Made by a program: the position numbers and the translations under genes
The notes under the pieces: generated by a model
Told to the model about the DNA's origin: nothing
The model's input: only the letters and a program-made list of their open reading frames with translations
Database searches by the model: none
NCBI RefSeq assembly: GCF_001194135.2
Contig: NC_068981.1
Span: 42,507,906-42,571,590 of the forward strand
DNA length: 63,685 nucleotides
DNA from: Octopus bimaculoides
Lineage: Eukaryota
Direction: 5' to 3'
Part shown: positions 38,694 through 53,626 of the stretch, piece by piece
Layout: the number at the start of each line of letters is the position of its first letter
Position numbering within the stretch: the first letter of the stretch is position 1

Positions 38694-41600
38694 TACATAT
38701 ATATATAATGCACATACATACATATATATATGTACATACATACACATATGTATATATATATGTATATATATAAATATATATTTTTATACATATATATACA
38801 TATATATGTGAGTATATATGTATATATATATATATATATATCTGTGTGTGTATATTTCAAGCTAGGGAGAGAGAAATAGATAGATAGATAGGTAGATAGA
38901 GAGAGAGAGTGAGAGATGTGTATGTGTACACGCATGTGTGCATGTGTGTATGAGTATGTGTACATGTGTGTATGTGTGGGAGGATGCGAGTATATATGTC
39001 TGACAATGTGTATGTAATCTTGACTACATGTTAAAAAAGGTATTCGTACGTGGAGCGTCTCCATATTAAGATTTATCACTTCCTGGAAAATCATTTTTTG
39101 GTAGCAATACAGACGGGAGTATCGGCTTTATATGCCTCGTCCATATTTTACAATTATGAAAGTGGAAAGGTGAAACTAATGTCCATCTCTGTGAAAGTCT
39201 AACGTGAAGCAAAACTACTGTATATGTTTTACTTCTCTATAAAAATAATGTTTGTAGATATGATCATAACCATGTAATCACGATTTATATAGCGAGGTTA
39301 GTAAACGTCATCTAATCGACCCAGAAATGCGTGGTATTTTAATTTAAGTGGCTCTAGCGTGATTCGAAATGATGCGTTAGGGCGTAGTAAGTTATTTGTA
39401 GGCTATTATACGAAATCTGCTACTGAAATGCCTGCAAGTAATAGTATTTTTATATGATAGTAATACTTTCTATAGGGAGTATTAGTCTATTCAAATTTGC
39501 TACATAATACGAAAGAATTTTGTAGCATAAAGTCCTCATGTCTACTTTAAAGCATGCAAAATGAGTGAATCACGTGACAGACAACTTACTCGAATATTTA
39601 GTTAATTGAAATTTCATCAAATCATTTTGCACCTCGTGTCAGGTATGTGTAGATAGCTATTTACATTGAATAAATGGTTTTATATAATCGTTCTCTTAAT
39701 AAATGCAATAACATCTTGTGCAACTGTCCACTTAAAAATGAATGCCCAATTGAAGGTTTGCATACTGTGCTACAGTAACAGCAAACATAATCACGAATAC
39801 AACTTATATTCGATTGACAGAAAACATATTCAAAATCCTTTCCAACGTGTCTTCAGCTTTTGCTATCGAAATAAACAGAACAGAGCTGTTCTTCTCAACT
39901 ATATATATAAATACTGGAGGAGAAGGATGGCAGCAATGTACAGTTAAAATGATTGGTTATAGAATCATCTTCAAGGGTCTATTTCGGTGGATCAAGAATG
40001 TCGTACCCTTATGTGGTAAAAATATATATATTCTATTTTACCAAAGACTCAATCGGACATGAGAAATACTTCCCAAATTCTTAATTAGAAATATGTACGA
40101 TATGTACATTCAGACTAAAATATATAACTGTCGCAGTAACGAATCACTTCCTACGGAAAATACATTAGATGAACCAATATCTGGCTACATATTTTATATA
40201 TGACACATGACCATAGTTCAATGATAGGCTAAAGCTCGTAGAGCTAGAAAATATCCTTTAATATTTGCAAAAAATCGGAATTTCATATACAAAGTTGAAC
40301 AATAAACATTTCAGATCCTAAAATACCCAGGCTTCTATGAGTAAATTCAAAAACGAAGGAACAGTATTCATGACGTTTGCTCTCCGTTACATGCTCTAGA
40401 CATAGCTGTGGTTGATGATTACTTTGAATATATGGAGGTCAATATCTACATGAAAAAATGTTGAGTAGTAATTCCATTGAATTATAGTTACTATTGACGA
40501 GAGGAAAATAGACTAGTGCATTTGGTGCTTTCCTGGTTGGGCGAGGGATTTAATTAGCTAGTAGAGTGGACCAAAGGAAAACTGATATAGAAATATATGC
40601 TGTTGAATGAACCTTTACCTATGAGCTGAACATTTATCATTTGCATTTGTGTCTATGTGTTAAGCAGTAACATTATGTCAGATATGTAAATGGTACCGTG
40701 ATATTTGTCAGCAACGGATCAAACTTGAAACATTTCCTGCCTCTAAAAAGAAGCTCAGTTATTAGGTTGTAGGTGAAGAAATGTTAAAACATGTCATATG
40801 AGAGATTCTCAGAAATTCGTATGGTCTAACAATCTATCATGAGACTCTATCATTGCTTTGTTGAAGACAAATTTGTCAACCCCTCAGTAAAGCATATTTT
40901 CATGAAGGCACTTTTTCTAGTGTGACATATTTTACGTAGATGTTACTTGATATCCAAACATAGTATAAATGAGAGACGAAAAGCAATATCAGCAGCAATG
41001 TAATGTGTTGTTCCAAACGATATTAAATAAGTCGTATTCACATTTCTTTAAGAGAAGAAGAAGAAGAGTGAGGAGGAGGAGGATGAGGAAAAGAGAAAAT
41101 GAGACTTCCACGAAGGAAACGGAGGTAAGCAATAAGATGCTTTGCTTAAGGTTGACGGAATGTTTGAAATGTAATTTCTGTGCAGACATTTAGGATCAGC
41201 GTTTTGTGTAGGGATCGCACGAAAAGACACACAATGTTTAGTATAAAATATAATTCGAGCCAATGAGAAATCTACACGGCCACTCAACATGATGAAAAGA
41301 AAAAACCTCACAAATTATATCTTATCGTCAAAACAAATGATGTTATATTGATTACGTTCATCATAAATTTCACATCCTCATGAGCCAGTAATCAAGTCGA
41401 TGATGTGTAGAGAAATTTTATACATACTTTATACATACTACAACGCAGTTGTGTTTTAAATTGTTCACATGATGCTTCCACATTGTAATTCAGTCAGGTT
41501 CGATGCTCCATCTCAGATCAGTTCACATGTCGATAATCAAGTACAACAACGAAATATTACATAATACTATCTTAGATACACTATATCCCAGGTAAAGAGG

Positions 41601-42578
41601 AGGAACGGTCATAGCTGGAATACATTACATCTTAAATCTTTCTTTTTCCAAGAGTTGACCTAAGGCTAACCACCTCCGTTACCAAAACCAAAATCAACAA
41701 CAGCCACAAAAGAACATACATTGGATATAAGAATATAAAGAAACAGAGACGAAAGCGCTAAAAGGGTAATCTGAACATGTGTAATGGAATTCAGCAGTTT
41801 TCGATTAAATTCGTATGTTTATCAATGACGTTTGATGCAATTGTTTGTAAAAGAATTCTCATGTTTCATGGCAAAATGAAATACTACTTTCTTTTTGTGT
41901 ATGTACTGAGGTATTCTTTCACAATGAACTTCATTTTCTCACACCTGTTATTTCATCTCTCTCACACAAGCACGAACACAGACACACATCAGACAGACAC
42001 GCATGCATTAACTCTATTCTCTCCATTTCTCTCTCTAGCACACATACACACAACACGAATGCACACATGCACAAACACACACTTTCTCTCTGTCAATGTG
42101 TGTATGTATGAGTAGTTACACTTACAAATAAAGATTTTATGTTTAGTAATTGATTTTCTCCTAAAATTGCTCAAATCAGTTAACTAGCACGTGAAGCAGT
42201 CAGTAATAAAAAGTAAACGAGTAAATGAACACACACATGCGCGCACACGCACCCACATCTTTATGCGTGTGTGTTTGTATACGTGTGTGTACAACGCATT
42301 GCCTACATACAATAAAAATGCATTTGAGATTCTTTTAGCTATTGTCTTTGTTTTTTTTTTCAGTTTTCCTTTAATCTAAATTTCCATTTTTTTTTTGCTC
42401 TCTTCTCTTTAAAATATTCCACATTAATCTTGCTCCTGGTGAGTTAGTTGCACAATAATATCCCAGAAGCATATTTTAGGAAAAATTTCGGAGGCCACGT
42501 GATTGCAGTGTTAGGTCGCATTAATCCGTTTAAACTAAACTATTTTATAACAAGTAAAAAAAAAAATGTATATGCAAG

Positions 42579-42631
<53 letters not shown>

Positions 42632-43344
42632 ACATACATACATACATACATACATACATACATACATACGTATATGTACATACGCACAACAATACATACT
42701 TATATTGATGTGTATGTATTAATATATACATACTTACATACATATATGTGTGTGTGTATGTGTGTGCGTGTGCACGTGTGTGTACCTTGTTTAAGTGCTA
42801 ACACATTCAATAAAAGTGTTAAAAACGAAAATTAAAAATTCTGTGAATAGACCCTAATTTCCCAATTTGTATTTTTCGTTTTTCAACACAACGAAAAATT
42901 TATTTCATTAAAAAAATAACACGTACACTTGCATAGAAAACGCTACCAATTTATTGAAAAAAATATTTATAAATACACACATTACAATACAAACACATTC
43001 ATACGCATGTAAATGCATATATGCATATACATACCTACATGTACATACATACGTATGTAAATAGATACACTCATGCATATGTACATATGCATACCTACCT
43101 ACATACAAGCATATACGTATATATATATATACATATATATATATATACATACACACACACTCGCACACACGCACGCACACACACACACGCGCACACACAC
43201 ATACCCACATATACAAACGCAGAGTTTATTGAAACTAAATTGTTGAATCGCAACTCGGGTTTCCACGCCACTGTGATCTCATAAATGATTCATAATGAAT
43301 AACAGTGGTGTATAAGATGCTTCAAGAAGTTTGCATCTGGCGCT

Positions 43345-43646
43345 CTGTTGGTTACGACGACGAGAGGCTCCAGTTGATCTGATCAAGGGAACAACCTGCT
43401 CGAGAAAATAAACGTACAAGTGGCTGAACACTCCACAGATACGCGTTCTCTGGGAAATTCAGGTGTGACATAGAATATGACAGGGATGGCCCTCTAATGT
43501 AAAAGTACTTTTCATTCGTGCCAGCTGAGTTCACTGGAGTAAAGTGAAATAAAGTGTCTTGCTTAAGGACAAAATGCGCTGCCCGGAATAGAACTTATGA
43601 CCTTACGGTCATAAGCCGCATACCCTAACCACAAAACCACGTGCCT
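43345..43646 (-). mobile_element. SINE family A
   Basis: Homologous along its length to the 31112-31497 copy. Confidence 0.85.
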
Positions 43647-44333
43647 TCTTTTAAGTTTACATGGTTTGAATATCTGTCTCACTTCAGGACTTTATGACAC
43701 ACAATATATCTGTGTGAGAATATAGCACGTGCTACCATAACATCATGTCATAAGAGACTTGTGAATGAAAATGTGAGCATGGAGTATGAGTGAAAGATTG
43801 TTTGATGAATAGTATCTGTAATTTAAGGGTTCATCCTCCCTACTCTGATTCACGCTGTTTCCATCTGAGAAATATTTTAAAGGTTCACTTATCTACAGAA
43901 TGTTCTGCTGTTTATATACTAGTTTAATGAATAGGCAATTCATTTGACTCAACAACCGACAGAGGTCCAATGAATATGAGTATATAAGCATATATGTGCA
44001 TATATGTGTGAGTATATTTCTGTGTGTCTGTGTGTATGAGCATGTACGAATATGTGTTCAAGGTTGTGCGTGTACATATGTGAGTCCATAGCGTGCGAGT
44101 ATATGTAGCTAGAGTATCAGGTTATATACACGAAATATAACCTGTCCTACTTTTCCTTCGATCGGTGCAAATTCCATCATCTGTTTTACATTCAGTTAAA
44201 TGAAAGATTTACACTTAAAATCTTAGGAAAATAGTACATGTCACTATTATATATACACACTTCAATGTGTATATTTGTATTTATGTGTGTGTGTGTGAGT
44301 GTGAACTTGTGTGTGTGAACTTGTGTGTATATA

Positions 44334-44479
<146 letters not shown>

Positions 44480-44739
44480 TATGAAAATCGGTTCGTTGAT
44501 TGGCATTTCCTTTTTCGTGAAAAGTAGACAAGGAAATAAATAAATGAAAAAATATTTCATTTTTGTTTCTCAAGTGTCTCAGAATTTAATGTTTACGCAA
44601 TTAAATTTATTTCATATTTCTTCTATTTCAATATCCATAAACACCTATTTCTGTATATGTCTGCGCTATAACTAGACAGTAACAGATTTTCAATGCATGA
44701 AGCTCTATCAAAATAATAGCCGTCGTTCTTCATTACGTA

Positions 44740-45090
44740 GTGACAGAGTTAGCGAAAAATAGGGGAAAAACAATAATACATATTTTAGTTTCTCGTCTTA
44801 GTCTCTTTGTCTGTGTGTTTGCAAAATTACTGGAAAACGGCTGAACGGATATACACCAAATTTGGCAGAAATACTCATTGGTTGAATGGCTCCAACTCAT
44901 TATTTTGGTTTGAGTATCTTCAAAACTGGTGGACGGGTGATTCAAAATGTTGTTTCTTTGTTTATATATGCATAAACGATGAGCAAAGAAATAATTCTTT
45001 ATGTCATTTTGTTGAAATACGAATTCGTCCGAGAATATATTTATTAAATTAAATTTTATTTTATCCTTGTGTGCACACAGGGTATGCATC
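44740..45090. mobile_element. Possible non-autonomous Helitron/DINE-1-like element
   Basis: AAACGGCTGAACGGATATACACCAAATTTGGC next to a GTCT-type tract, a motif typical of such elements. Termini are not resolved. Confidence 0.35.
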
Positions 45091-45659
45091 GCGCCTCCAA
45101 TGCCTTTGTTTTTTCATTCTTTATATGTTAATGTAGCCCATTGAAGTATAATTTAAGGTTGCTATGGAAATCCTGTGTTTTCTTACAATTTTGTCTTGGT
45201 AACTGCTATTTTTGAATGTTTTTGTATCTTTCAAAGCCAAAGTGGATTCACTTCATTTTATATTTTCGAGTTGGATTATTATATGTCTTTATGTCCTACC
45301 TGCCTCACCCAGCTCTTTTTATAAAAGCTGTTCGCTGATTAAGTATCTACATTTTTGGTGTAAAATAAAGTTTGTGAGAAGTGAAAATATTTCGTTTTCA
45401 TTTTCTTCTCTTTTGCAAATGAACCAGAAACATTATTTATACAACTGAGTTTCTTTCCGATTTCACTTTTCCCTACGGTTATGTCCGTAAAAAGTGTGTT
45501 CCTGCATCTTCGTATATCACCAGTAGTGAGTAATACATAGCCAATTTATCATGTTATATTCGTGGTATAGCCTTCGTTTTAAATCAGAGAAATACCACGA
45601 GAATTGTGTTGCATAATTTTAAAGGTAGGTATGGAGATAGAGAAATATATACATACATA

Positions 45660-45663
45660 TGTA

Positions 45664-45750
<87 letters not shown>

Positions 45751-45763
45751 ATCTATCTGTCTC

Positions 45764-45800
<37 letters not shown>

Positions 45801-45960
45801 GTATATATATATATATATATACATACATATGTATAAATATATATATTTATATATATATATATACACACACACATATATATATATATATGCATATCTACAT
45901 ATACAGACATGCACACACACATATATACACGTACACACACATAGACTCATACACACATAC
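45660..45960. repeat. (ATCT)n-(CT)n-(AT)n compound microsatellite
   Basis: Directly visible. Confidence 0.95.
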
Positions 45961-46744
45961 ATATGTGCGTGTCAATGATTGCAGTCCAACGATGACTTAA
46001 CCAGATTAAAGATTTCAAAGTCACTGTCAATAATATTCTTGCTTGAGTAATAAATTTGTACTATTCAAAAGTATAGAGTAAACCATCATATTAAATTTAA
46101 AATTGTTTCTATTGTAACTGAACGCAAAGATTGTCTGATTTCTGCACTCTTCATTTACAGTGTATAGGAAGAAGGGAAGAGAGATTAAAAGAAATATACA
46201 AAGTGAGAGAGAAAGAGGGAGTTGAAATAAAAAAAAAATGCATGATGTACGCACATACTACGCTTGGTGGCAGACATTAAGTACATGAACGATACACACA
46301 GAGTGCGAGAGAAAGAACCTTCGCGATAATAGTAGCAGGAAAATGTGATGAAGTGGAAGCATACACACACACACGCACACACATACATACACACACACAC
46401 GCACACATACACACACACACACGTACACACACACAGAAGTAGAGAGAGTGGGTGAGTGTGTATGTTAACTACCATAACATAAATCAATACAGAAAGTAAT
46501 TTTGTGTTCATTTACTTCTTTTTAATTTTTTTGAATATTATTATTGTTAATTTTATTTTAAGGTAATAAAATATTCTTCTCTTAAAAATTAATATTCATT
46601 TTAAAATTTTGCATAAGCTGCAGACAATTTTATAAAAGTTAAATTATGGTTATTGTGTTTATACTATATTTCCTGATATTACTAATTCTGACACTTTAGT
46701 TCACATACATACATACATACATACATACATACACACATACATAC

Positions 46745-47246
46745 ATGGTGGTTGTCTACTATTTATGCAGAGTTTGACCACTGTACTTACAGCTTAGCTC
46801 CGTCATGGCATCTGTTGTGGCTTTTTAAACCAGACAATGTTCTGAAAAAACACCCACATAGAGTGCACCTCCGATTTGGACCACCAAAAACTGCAGATAA
46901 GTTCTGTTCTTTGTGGATCTTAAAATGTCTTTTGAAGCCTCCGTTGGATTTGCAAACCTTCTGGAATACACTGCATTCAAACGTATGCACAGACATATAG
47001 GCAAAATAGTTGGTGAAGGTTCGTTTTCCATGCGTTCGCAAATGAGATTTGAGGCCAGCAAAAGACAGGTATAGTCTGTCACAGACTGTGCACGCAAAAG
47101 GTCATTGTCATTCACCTTCTCGATCGTTACATTCTTCCTTAGATCTCGCTTGAGTCTTACTTGCGTAATCCTGGCCTCTTCAAATGCTTTCACTCCACTC
47201 CGCACCTTTGTTCGCCATCCAACTCGATCCGAAGCAAGGGTTTCTA
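46745..47246 (-). mobile_element. RTE-clade LINE 3' end with three C2H2 zinc fingers
   Basis: ETLASDRVGWRTKVRSGVKAFEEARI (RTE C-terminus), a frameshift, then CTVC-x12-HLRTH, CSVF-x12-HFKIH and CTLC-x12-HNRCH, stop at 46787, and a (TATG)n tail. Confidence 0.88.
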
Positions 47247-47935
47247 CATACATACATACATACATACATGCATAATACATACATACATATATACATACAT
47301 ACATACATACATACATACGTACGTACGAACCACATTTTAGCCACTATTGTTTCCAGCTCATAGTAACAACACCTCTTAGGAACCCAGCTGTGGATTATTT
47401 AGCTTGTAATAGAACTGCCTTCACTTGAAAATCCTTCATAGACATCGTAACGGGCGCAGAACAGCCGCTGCCCTTCAACTCTTCAACTGCTCATCTAACA
47501 GAATATAACTCCATACAAATCCTGCATTCTGATAACTGCTAGGCTCATGGCATTTCTGGCACAAAATCAATACAAGTCTGAAGGACGAGAGCATAGGAAT
47601 GGATTTGCACAAAACAAGCATCATGACTTGTTGGGAATTTACTCAACATTTCAAGAAGGGTACGTGAGTAAACTCCTCCAGAAAATCCGGAGGGGTGTAC
47701 CGTAAAGTAAATATGTATTGTTATACTTCACCACTATCTGGCATCACCTGCGACTCATTTTATGCAGCCAACGTATTGAATTATCTTTTATTTGTGGGAA
47801 ATCCATGAGTGGAGAGGTTCTAAATGTACTTGGAGCAAAACACTTGCTTCTGGAAACAACACACGCGTAGCAGAGGTGATTAAGTAAGTTATTCTCTCAA
47901 TAATATTATTGGCCAACAGCGAAAACGACCAACCA

Positions 47936-47966
<31 letters not shown>

Positions 47967-49632
47967 AGTTGTGTATGCAGTTGTATGTGTGATTTTGTGT
48001 CTGTGTGCATGTGTGTTTGTGTTTGTATGTGTGTGTGTTGAGGTGTTTTTGGTTTGCGTGTGCGCATGTGTAGTTCTGTGTGTGCATGTCCATGTGTGCC
48101 TTTCGAAGATGTTTAATAAATTGTCTTGATGTGAGACCGTTCGTTACATCTGAAAGAAATGCTTCGTTGAAGATTCCTTCGTTCCACTTAAGATCGCAAA
48201 AAATTGTTATTTTCACTTTCCGTGTCCTTTTAAACAGTAAAGTATGTTATACAGTAGAATTGTGTCAGTGACCAGGTGGCAACTAAGAAATAATGTGAAG
48301 TGAGTATAAGAGTTCTTGTATGATATTTAATGGCTGAAATATTTGTTCCCAATCTAAGAGTCACACACACAGATACACACAGACACACACAGAGACACAC
48401 GCACACACATACAAAAACATACACACATGCACGCATATATATGTGTGTGTGTTTGTTTGTGAGTGAGCATGTGCTTATTTTCATATATATATATACTGTC
48501 ATATATACACAGTTTCTCTTTTTATGCATAAAAATGTATACATGCATATATGTACTAACACATACATACATACAAACATACATACATACATATATATATA
48601 TATATACACGCATTTGCATACACTTACAGTCACACACAGTCACAGACACACACACACACACACACACACATGCAAACACACACACACACACACAAGCACA
48701 CGCACACACATATGCATTAGCGTTATCGATTTTATTCAGATGAATCTCCCTCGGTGCTGCTCAGTTCAAAATGTACAATCTATTTCAATGTAAGAGCCAT
48801 ATACTTCTCGCTCAATCCCCGCCTCTCTCTGCCTTCCTTTAACATTCACATAAAATAGTGACTAAGCTAATGTACTGTACATGACAGTCAACACGAATTT
48901 TCACATTCTTGTATTTGCTTTTATTATTTACACATTCCACTATAGTTAATTAGAAACGAACCTACGCGACCAGAGTTACCCTGATGTCAATCACTTGAAA
49001 CCTGTCTATATACAGTCATTTCATATTTAATTATCACCTCGAATATTAATATTCCTATTACGTAATAGGCTTTATGAAATCATGTTTACTTTCTGTAACT
49101 AAACTGTAAGTATACATTTCCGCTGACCCACGGTACTGTATTATTACAAGAAATACAAAAGCAGAGAATTGTTTAATCGATACAGCATGGTTTACTGTTA
49201 TTCTATTTAATCAGGTCTCTTTATAATCCGAGTCCAAATGCCGTCGGGTTTCGCTATATATTTTATTCTTCCGCGTGTCAATAAAATAGTTTGCCGTCAA
49301 GTACTGGAGACAATTTAATCAACGGTGTCGCATGGTATTGTTAATGGTCTTTTGCCAATCGCTACTTCACTTCTTATTTACTTATCCCTCTTTCTGTCCA
49401 TCCGTCCGTCCGTCCGACCTGCCGCCCGTCCGACCTTCTGTCCGTCTGTCTATCTGTCTGTCTATCTGTTTGTCTGCTTGTCTATCTGTTTCTGTCTGTC
49501 TATCTATCTGTCTTTGTTTATCTCTCTGTCTGTCTATCTGTCTGTCTGTCTGTCTGTCTATCGCTTTCTCTTTCTCTCTGTATATATACAAATATATATA
49601 TATATATATATGCATCTCTTTTAATCTTTTAT

Positions 49633-49830
49633 TACAGTTCATTAGACTGCCGTCATGTCATACTGGGGTACCTCCTTAAACATTTTTAATCGAACGAATC
49701 GGCCCCAGTATTTATTTTTCTTTTAAGCCTGGTGCTTTTTCTATCTGTTTTTTTTTTTAGCCGAAACTCTAAGGTTACGGGGAAGTAAACATACCAGCAC
49801 CGGTTGTTAAGCGATGGTGGGCGACAAACT
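49633..49830 (-). mobile_element. Partial SINE related to family B
   Basis: ATCGGCCCCAGTATTT core and GTTACGGGGAAGTAAAC tail segment. Confidence 0.6.
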
Positions 49831-49887
49831 CAGGCATACACATACGTACACACACGCGCACACAAACATGCACACACATACACAATT

Positions 49888-50175
49888 GGCTTAGTAGTTA
49901 GGGTATTCATCTTACGATCGTAATGTCGTGAGTTCGAATACCGGCAGCGCGTTGTGTCCTTTTGCAAAAACACTTCTTTATTTCACGTTGCTCCAGTCCA
50001 TTCAAAGGGACGAACCTTGTCACATCTGTGTCATGTTCAATCAAGCTGAGAGTTACATTAAGCGTATGCGTGTCTCTGGGGTGCTCAAGGCACTCGCACC
50101 CAAGTTTTACGCACAAACTATTCCGTTGATCGATTCAACTGGAACAGTAGTCGTCATAACTGACGGAGAGCCTGG
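49888..50175 (+). mobile_element. SINE family A
   Basis: tRNA head, GTTGTGTCCTTTTGCAAAAACAC box, and 3' region homologous to 31112-31497. Confidence 0.85.
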
Positions 50176-50176
50176 C

Positions 50177-50225
<49 letters not shown>

Positions 50226-50556
50226 TATATATATACAGTTCCATGCATATACTTATGTATATACTGACATCTCCATACACAATGTTCATACATACATGTC
50301 TACCTGTCTATCTGTTTATCTATCTATGTATGTACATATGTATCTATCTACCTCTCTGCCTGTCTGCCTGTCTGCCTGTCTGCCTGTCTATCAATATCAA
50401 TATATGGTTATGAATGGTCCTGTGTAGGATCTGTTCTTCTCATCCAGTATTAGGAAAAGCCTAAAGAAGAGATGCTTTAAACTTACGTCTTTCAGCATTC
50501 GCAACTAAATTCCTTTACCCAGTAAGGTTACATTTTAGTGGGTGAAAGAAAAACAT

Positions 50557-50945
50557 ATAACAATTAATCTTCGAACTCTCGGTATTGCAACTCATAGTGA
50601 GACAAGGCTAGCCGATGAAAGACAGCTAACGGAACATAGCAGATAAACCGTAGTTTGGGAGGAAAAATTACCAGAAAAGTGGCAGATGCTTTCTTTACAT
50701 CCTGCAATGATCTGGTCGACACATTGCACGAATTAGTTAACGGCATAAATGAAAAATTGATGGTTGTCCACTTAAAGCTTGCTATCTCTAAGAGATGCAT
50801 AACAATCACCATTATATACGCGCACACATCTGATGCAAACACAGCAGTTAAACAATTTTCGGGCAATTTATTGTTTCTTATCCTGAATAACAAAATGTGA
50901 CGAAATCATTTTGATGGGCAACTTCAGTAACAGATATGTTAGATT
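50557..50945 (+). pseudogene. RTE LINE APE-endonuclease fragment
   Basis: GIATHSETRLADERQLTEH...GINEKLMVVHLKL...ITIIYAHTSD...KQF...EIILMGNFS match RTE EN motifs (SETRLA, GINERLM, ISAYAPT, LGDFN). Confidence 0.85.
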
Positions 50946-51327
50946 TGAACCTTTCAAACGGCACAGCTAGAAAAGATGAGAAAAGGAAAGTTGACCGAGC
51001 TAGAGGTCTGATTATAACTAAATATGAGGGGAACAGTTTAATACACTATTCCGAGAATGAAATAGATTTAAGGGTTTCTGTCAGTATCCACAGTCTAAGC
51101 CTTGAGATATAAACATGATTTGCGATTGCAAAGTTGTACATCGGCCTAAGACTCGTCATGGGAGGAGCTGACGATTTCTAAAGTGGCCACCGTTACATCA
51201 TATAACAAAATAATTTATCTCCTTCCAAATCAATGTTGCCAGCAGAAACGAGGCCATCCGAAAATTAAGAAAGAAAAAGAGAGGGCTTCACCAGACTAGA
51301 ATTATACTATGTTTCGCCCGCAAACAG

Positions 51328-51440
51328 TGGAGTTACGAGAAATGAAACACTTTGACAAGGACACACCTCGTCACCCGAACGAGGAATCGAATCCATGACC
51401 TTATGATAGTAAGCTCAACAGCTTAACCACTAGGCCGTGC
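51328..51440 (-). mobile_element. SINE family A, head fragment
   Basis: Reverse complement of the tRNA head and GTGTCCTTGTCAAAGTGTTTC. Confidence 0.7.
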
Positions 51441-52115
51441 AATTTCTTTACCTATGTACCCGCATACAAATTTCCTAAATAATCACTTCACAAACTTAGC
51501 AGGTATAATTATACCTCTCTCTTTCGTCACAAACTTACACTATTTTGAATTGAAATTGAAAAGATGACCACCATTTAAAGAAAGGCGAACTTGAATTACT
51601 TTATCAGTCTCTGGAGATTCTTGGTAATTAAAGTATAATAAAATATTGAAAACAAACTCCGAGACATATTCAGGTGTGAACGTTGTGAAAAGAGATATAA
51701 AGACACAAGTATAAAAATGTACTGCACAAGAATCTTAAACTAGCACAACAGGATCTGAAAAAAAAGACAACAAAAATCATAAAAGTGTTATATGTGTATG
51801 ATAAGAATAATCTGTTTGCTATTGTAAACAAAATACGAGTACGTTACAAAAGCCAACAATATAATTTATGATAACAGCAAAGTTGGCAGACAACAATGCA
51901 TAACTAAGAATTGAACTTAATAAATTAATTACTGTAGCTAAAGCACGAATCCAATTTACATCTGAACTATACTGAGCAGGAGGAGAATTTATCCGAGTAA
52001 GCACATGCGTACACACATGTACATTCTTGTCCAGACACAAGCATACTCAGAAACATACATACATACGTACATGCGTGCGTTCGTACGTCGTATATATGTG
52101 TGTCTGTATATGTGT

Positions 52116-52146
<31 letters not shown>

Positions 52147-52853
52147 AGTGTGTGTGTTTGTGTATGTGTGTGTGTGTGTGCGTGTTTGTGTGAGTGTGCG
52201 CGCGCGTTTGTGAGCGAGTGAGTGTATGTGCATATAGGATTTTCCCATTAACTTCATTATTAACCTCAGTCCTCTCAAAATGAAGCTCGTTGTCTATGTC
52301 GATTTCATCAGCGTCAGTTTTAATGCTGTCGCTGTAGGCTGGACCGATTTCTTTCTATGAAAAGGCAGCTATCAGCGATTATTTTTTGCAGATTATGTAA
52401 ATATTAAAATGTGTTTTTTTTTAAGATTTCACATTTTGCATAATATATATTTTCATACCTTAAATTACCGTAAATGTACACACATTAGTACATTAAATGA
52501 GCGTAAACCTGTATACTTTACTGAACATCATATGTACATAAAATAACTTGCTAAACACGACAATAACAAAAATGAATAACATCAATTTCATTATTTCCAT
52601 TTCTTAATTCTCTTAATATATTGCTAAAAATCCAGCACAGTTATCTACTTTAGTCAAAGTCAGCCCAGTGTCGATCAATATACATATTTATGTGCGTAAA
52701 TACGTCTTTTAATCGACACCGAGCTGACTTGGATTACTGATTTGATTATGCAGGATATTTTAGGAATGTGTTAATAGAATGTATTAAAGGAATTAATGGA
52801 TAAAATGTTAAAGTAATGTTATTTAATTTTATCTTTGTTGTGTTCTGTACTCA

Positions 52854-53626
52854 CAGAGATTGGACAAAATAATAGAAACACCTTAAAATTTCAAATAAAT
52901 TCATTTTAATATGAGGTAGGACCGCCTTTAGCAGTAATTACAACTTGAATTCTACCAGGTATGGACTCGTACATAGTTTGAATTGTTTCCAAAGGAATTT
53001 TTGTCCATTCTTCAGCTAAAACAGTATCCGGTTCCTGTAGTGGTGATAGTGGAGGATATCGACTCCTTACTTATTTTTCTAAAATGCACCATAAATGTTC
53101 AATAATATTGAGATCTGGGGACTGTAGTGGCCAGATAAGATGTTCAATCTCACTAGGATCTTCCTCGTGCCATTCAGTAACAACTTTAGCTGTGTGAATT
53201 GGTGCACTGTCATCCTGAAAGATTGCGTATGCCTCTGGAAACATTTCCGCAACCATAGGATGAATTTGATCAGATGAAATGCTTAAGTAGCCTTGACAAT
53301 TAATTCTGCCATGAAGGGAAACCATTGGGCCAGCGGATTTCCAAGATATAGCCCCTAGATCACTACAGATGTTTTCGTTACACTTGCGCCTGCCACTCTA
53401 GCACAAACAATTTGATCTCTTTGAAAGTCCGATAAATCTGTCATTTTAATGAATTTTAATTACCTTTTTCTGATGATATCTGAAAAGAAACAGCAATTTT
53501 AGCAAAATATATTAAGCAACACTAATAATAAAATCAAAAAACATAAAAACAAAGAAGCTTTTGACGGTTTTATAGATATTTCAAAATTATGATGTTAGGT
53601 GTTTCCGTTATTTTGTCCAACCCCTG
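52854..53626 (-). mobile_element. Internally deleted Tc1 transposon with both TIRs
   Basis: TIRs CAGAGATTGGACAAAATAATAGAAACACCT and AGGTGTTTCCGTTATTTTGTCCAACCCCTG-TA. C-terminal transposase IFQDDSAPIHTAK...WPLQSPDLNIIEHLW...KGGPTSY. Confidence 0.93.

Noticed and set aside
37994-39094. Longest ORF in the track (366 aa); similar ORFs at 34.4k and 60.8k
   Set aside because: The length comes from N-gaps and TA repeats.
53469-53495. CTGATGA...GAAAC inside the Tc1 element
   Set aside because: No stem II pairing; a chance match.
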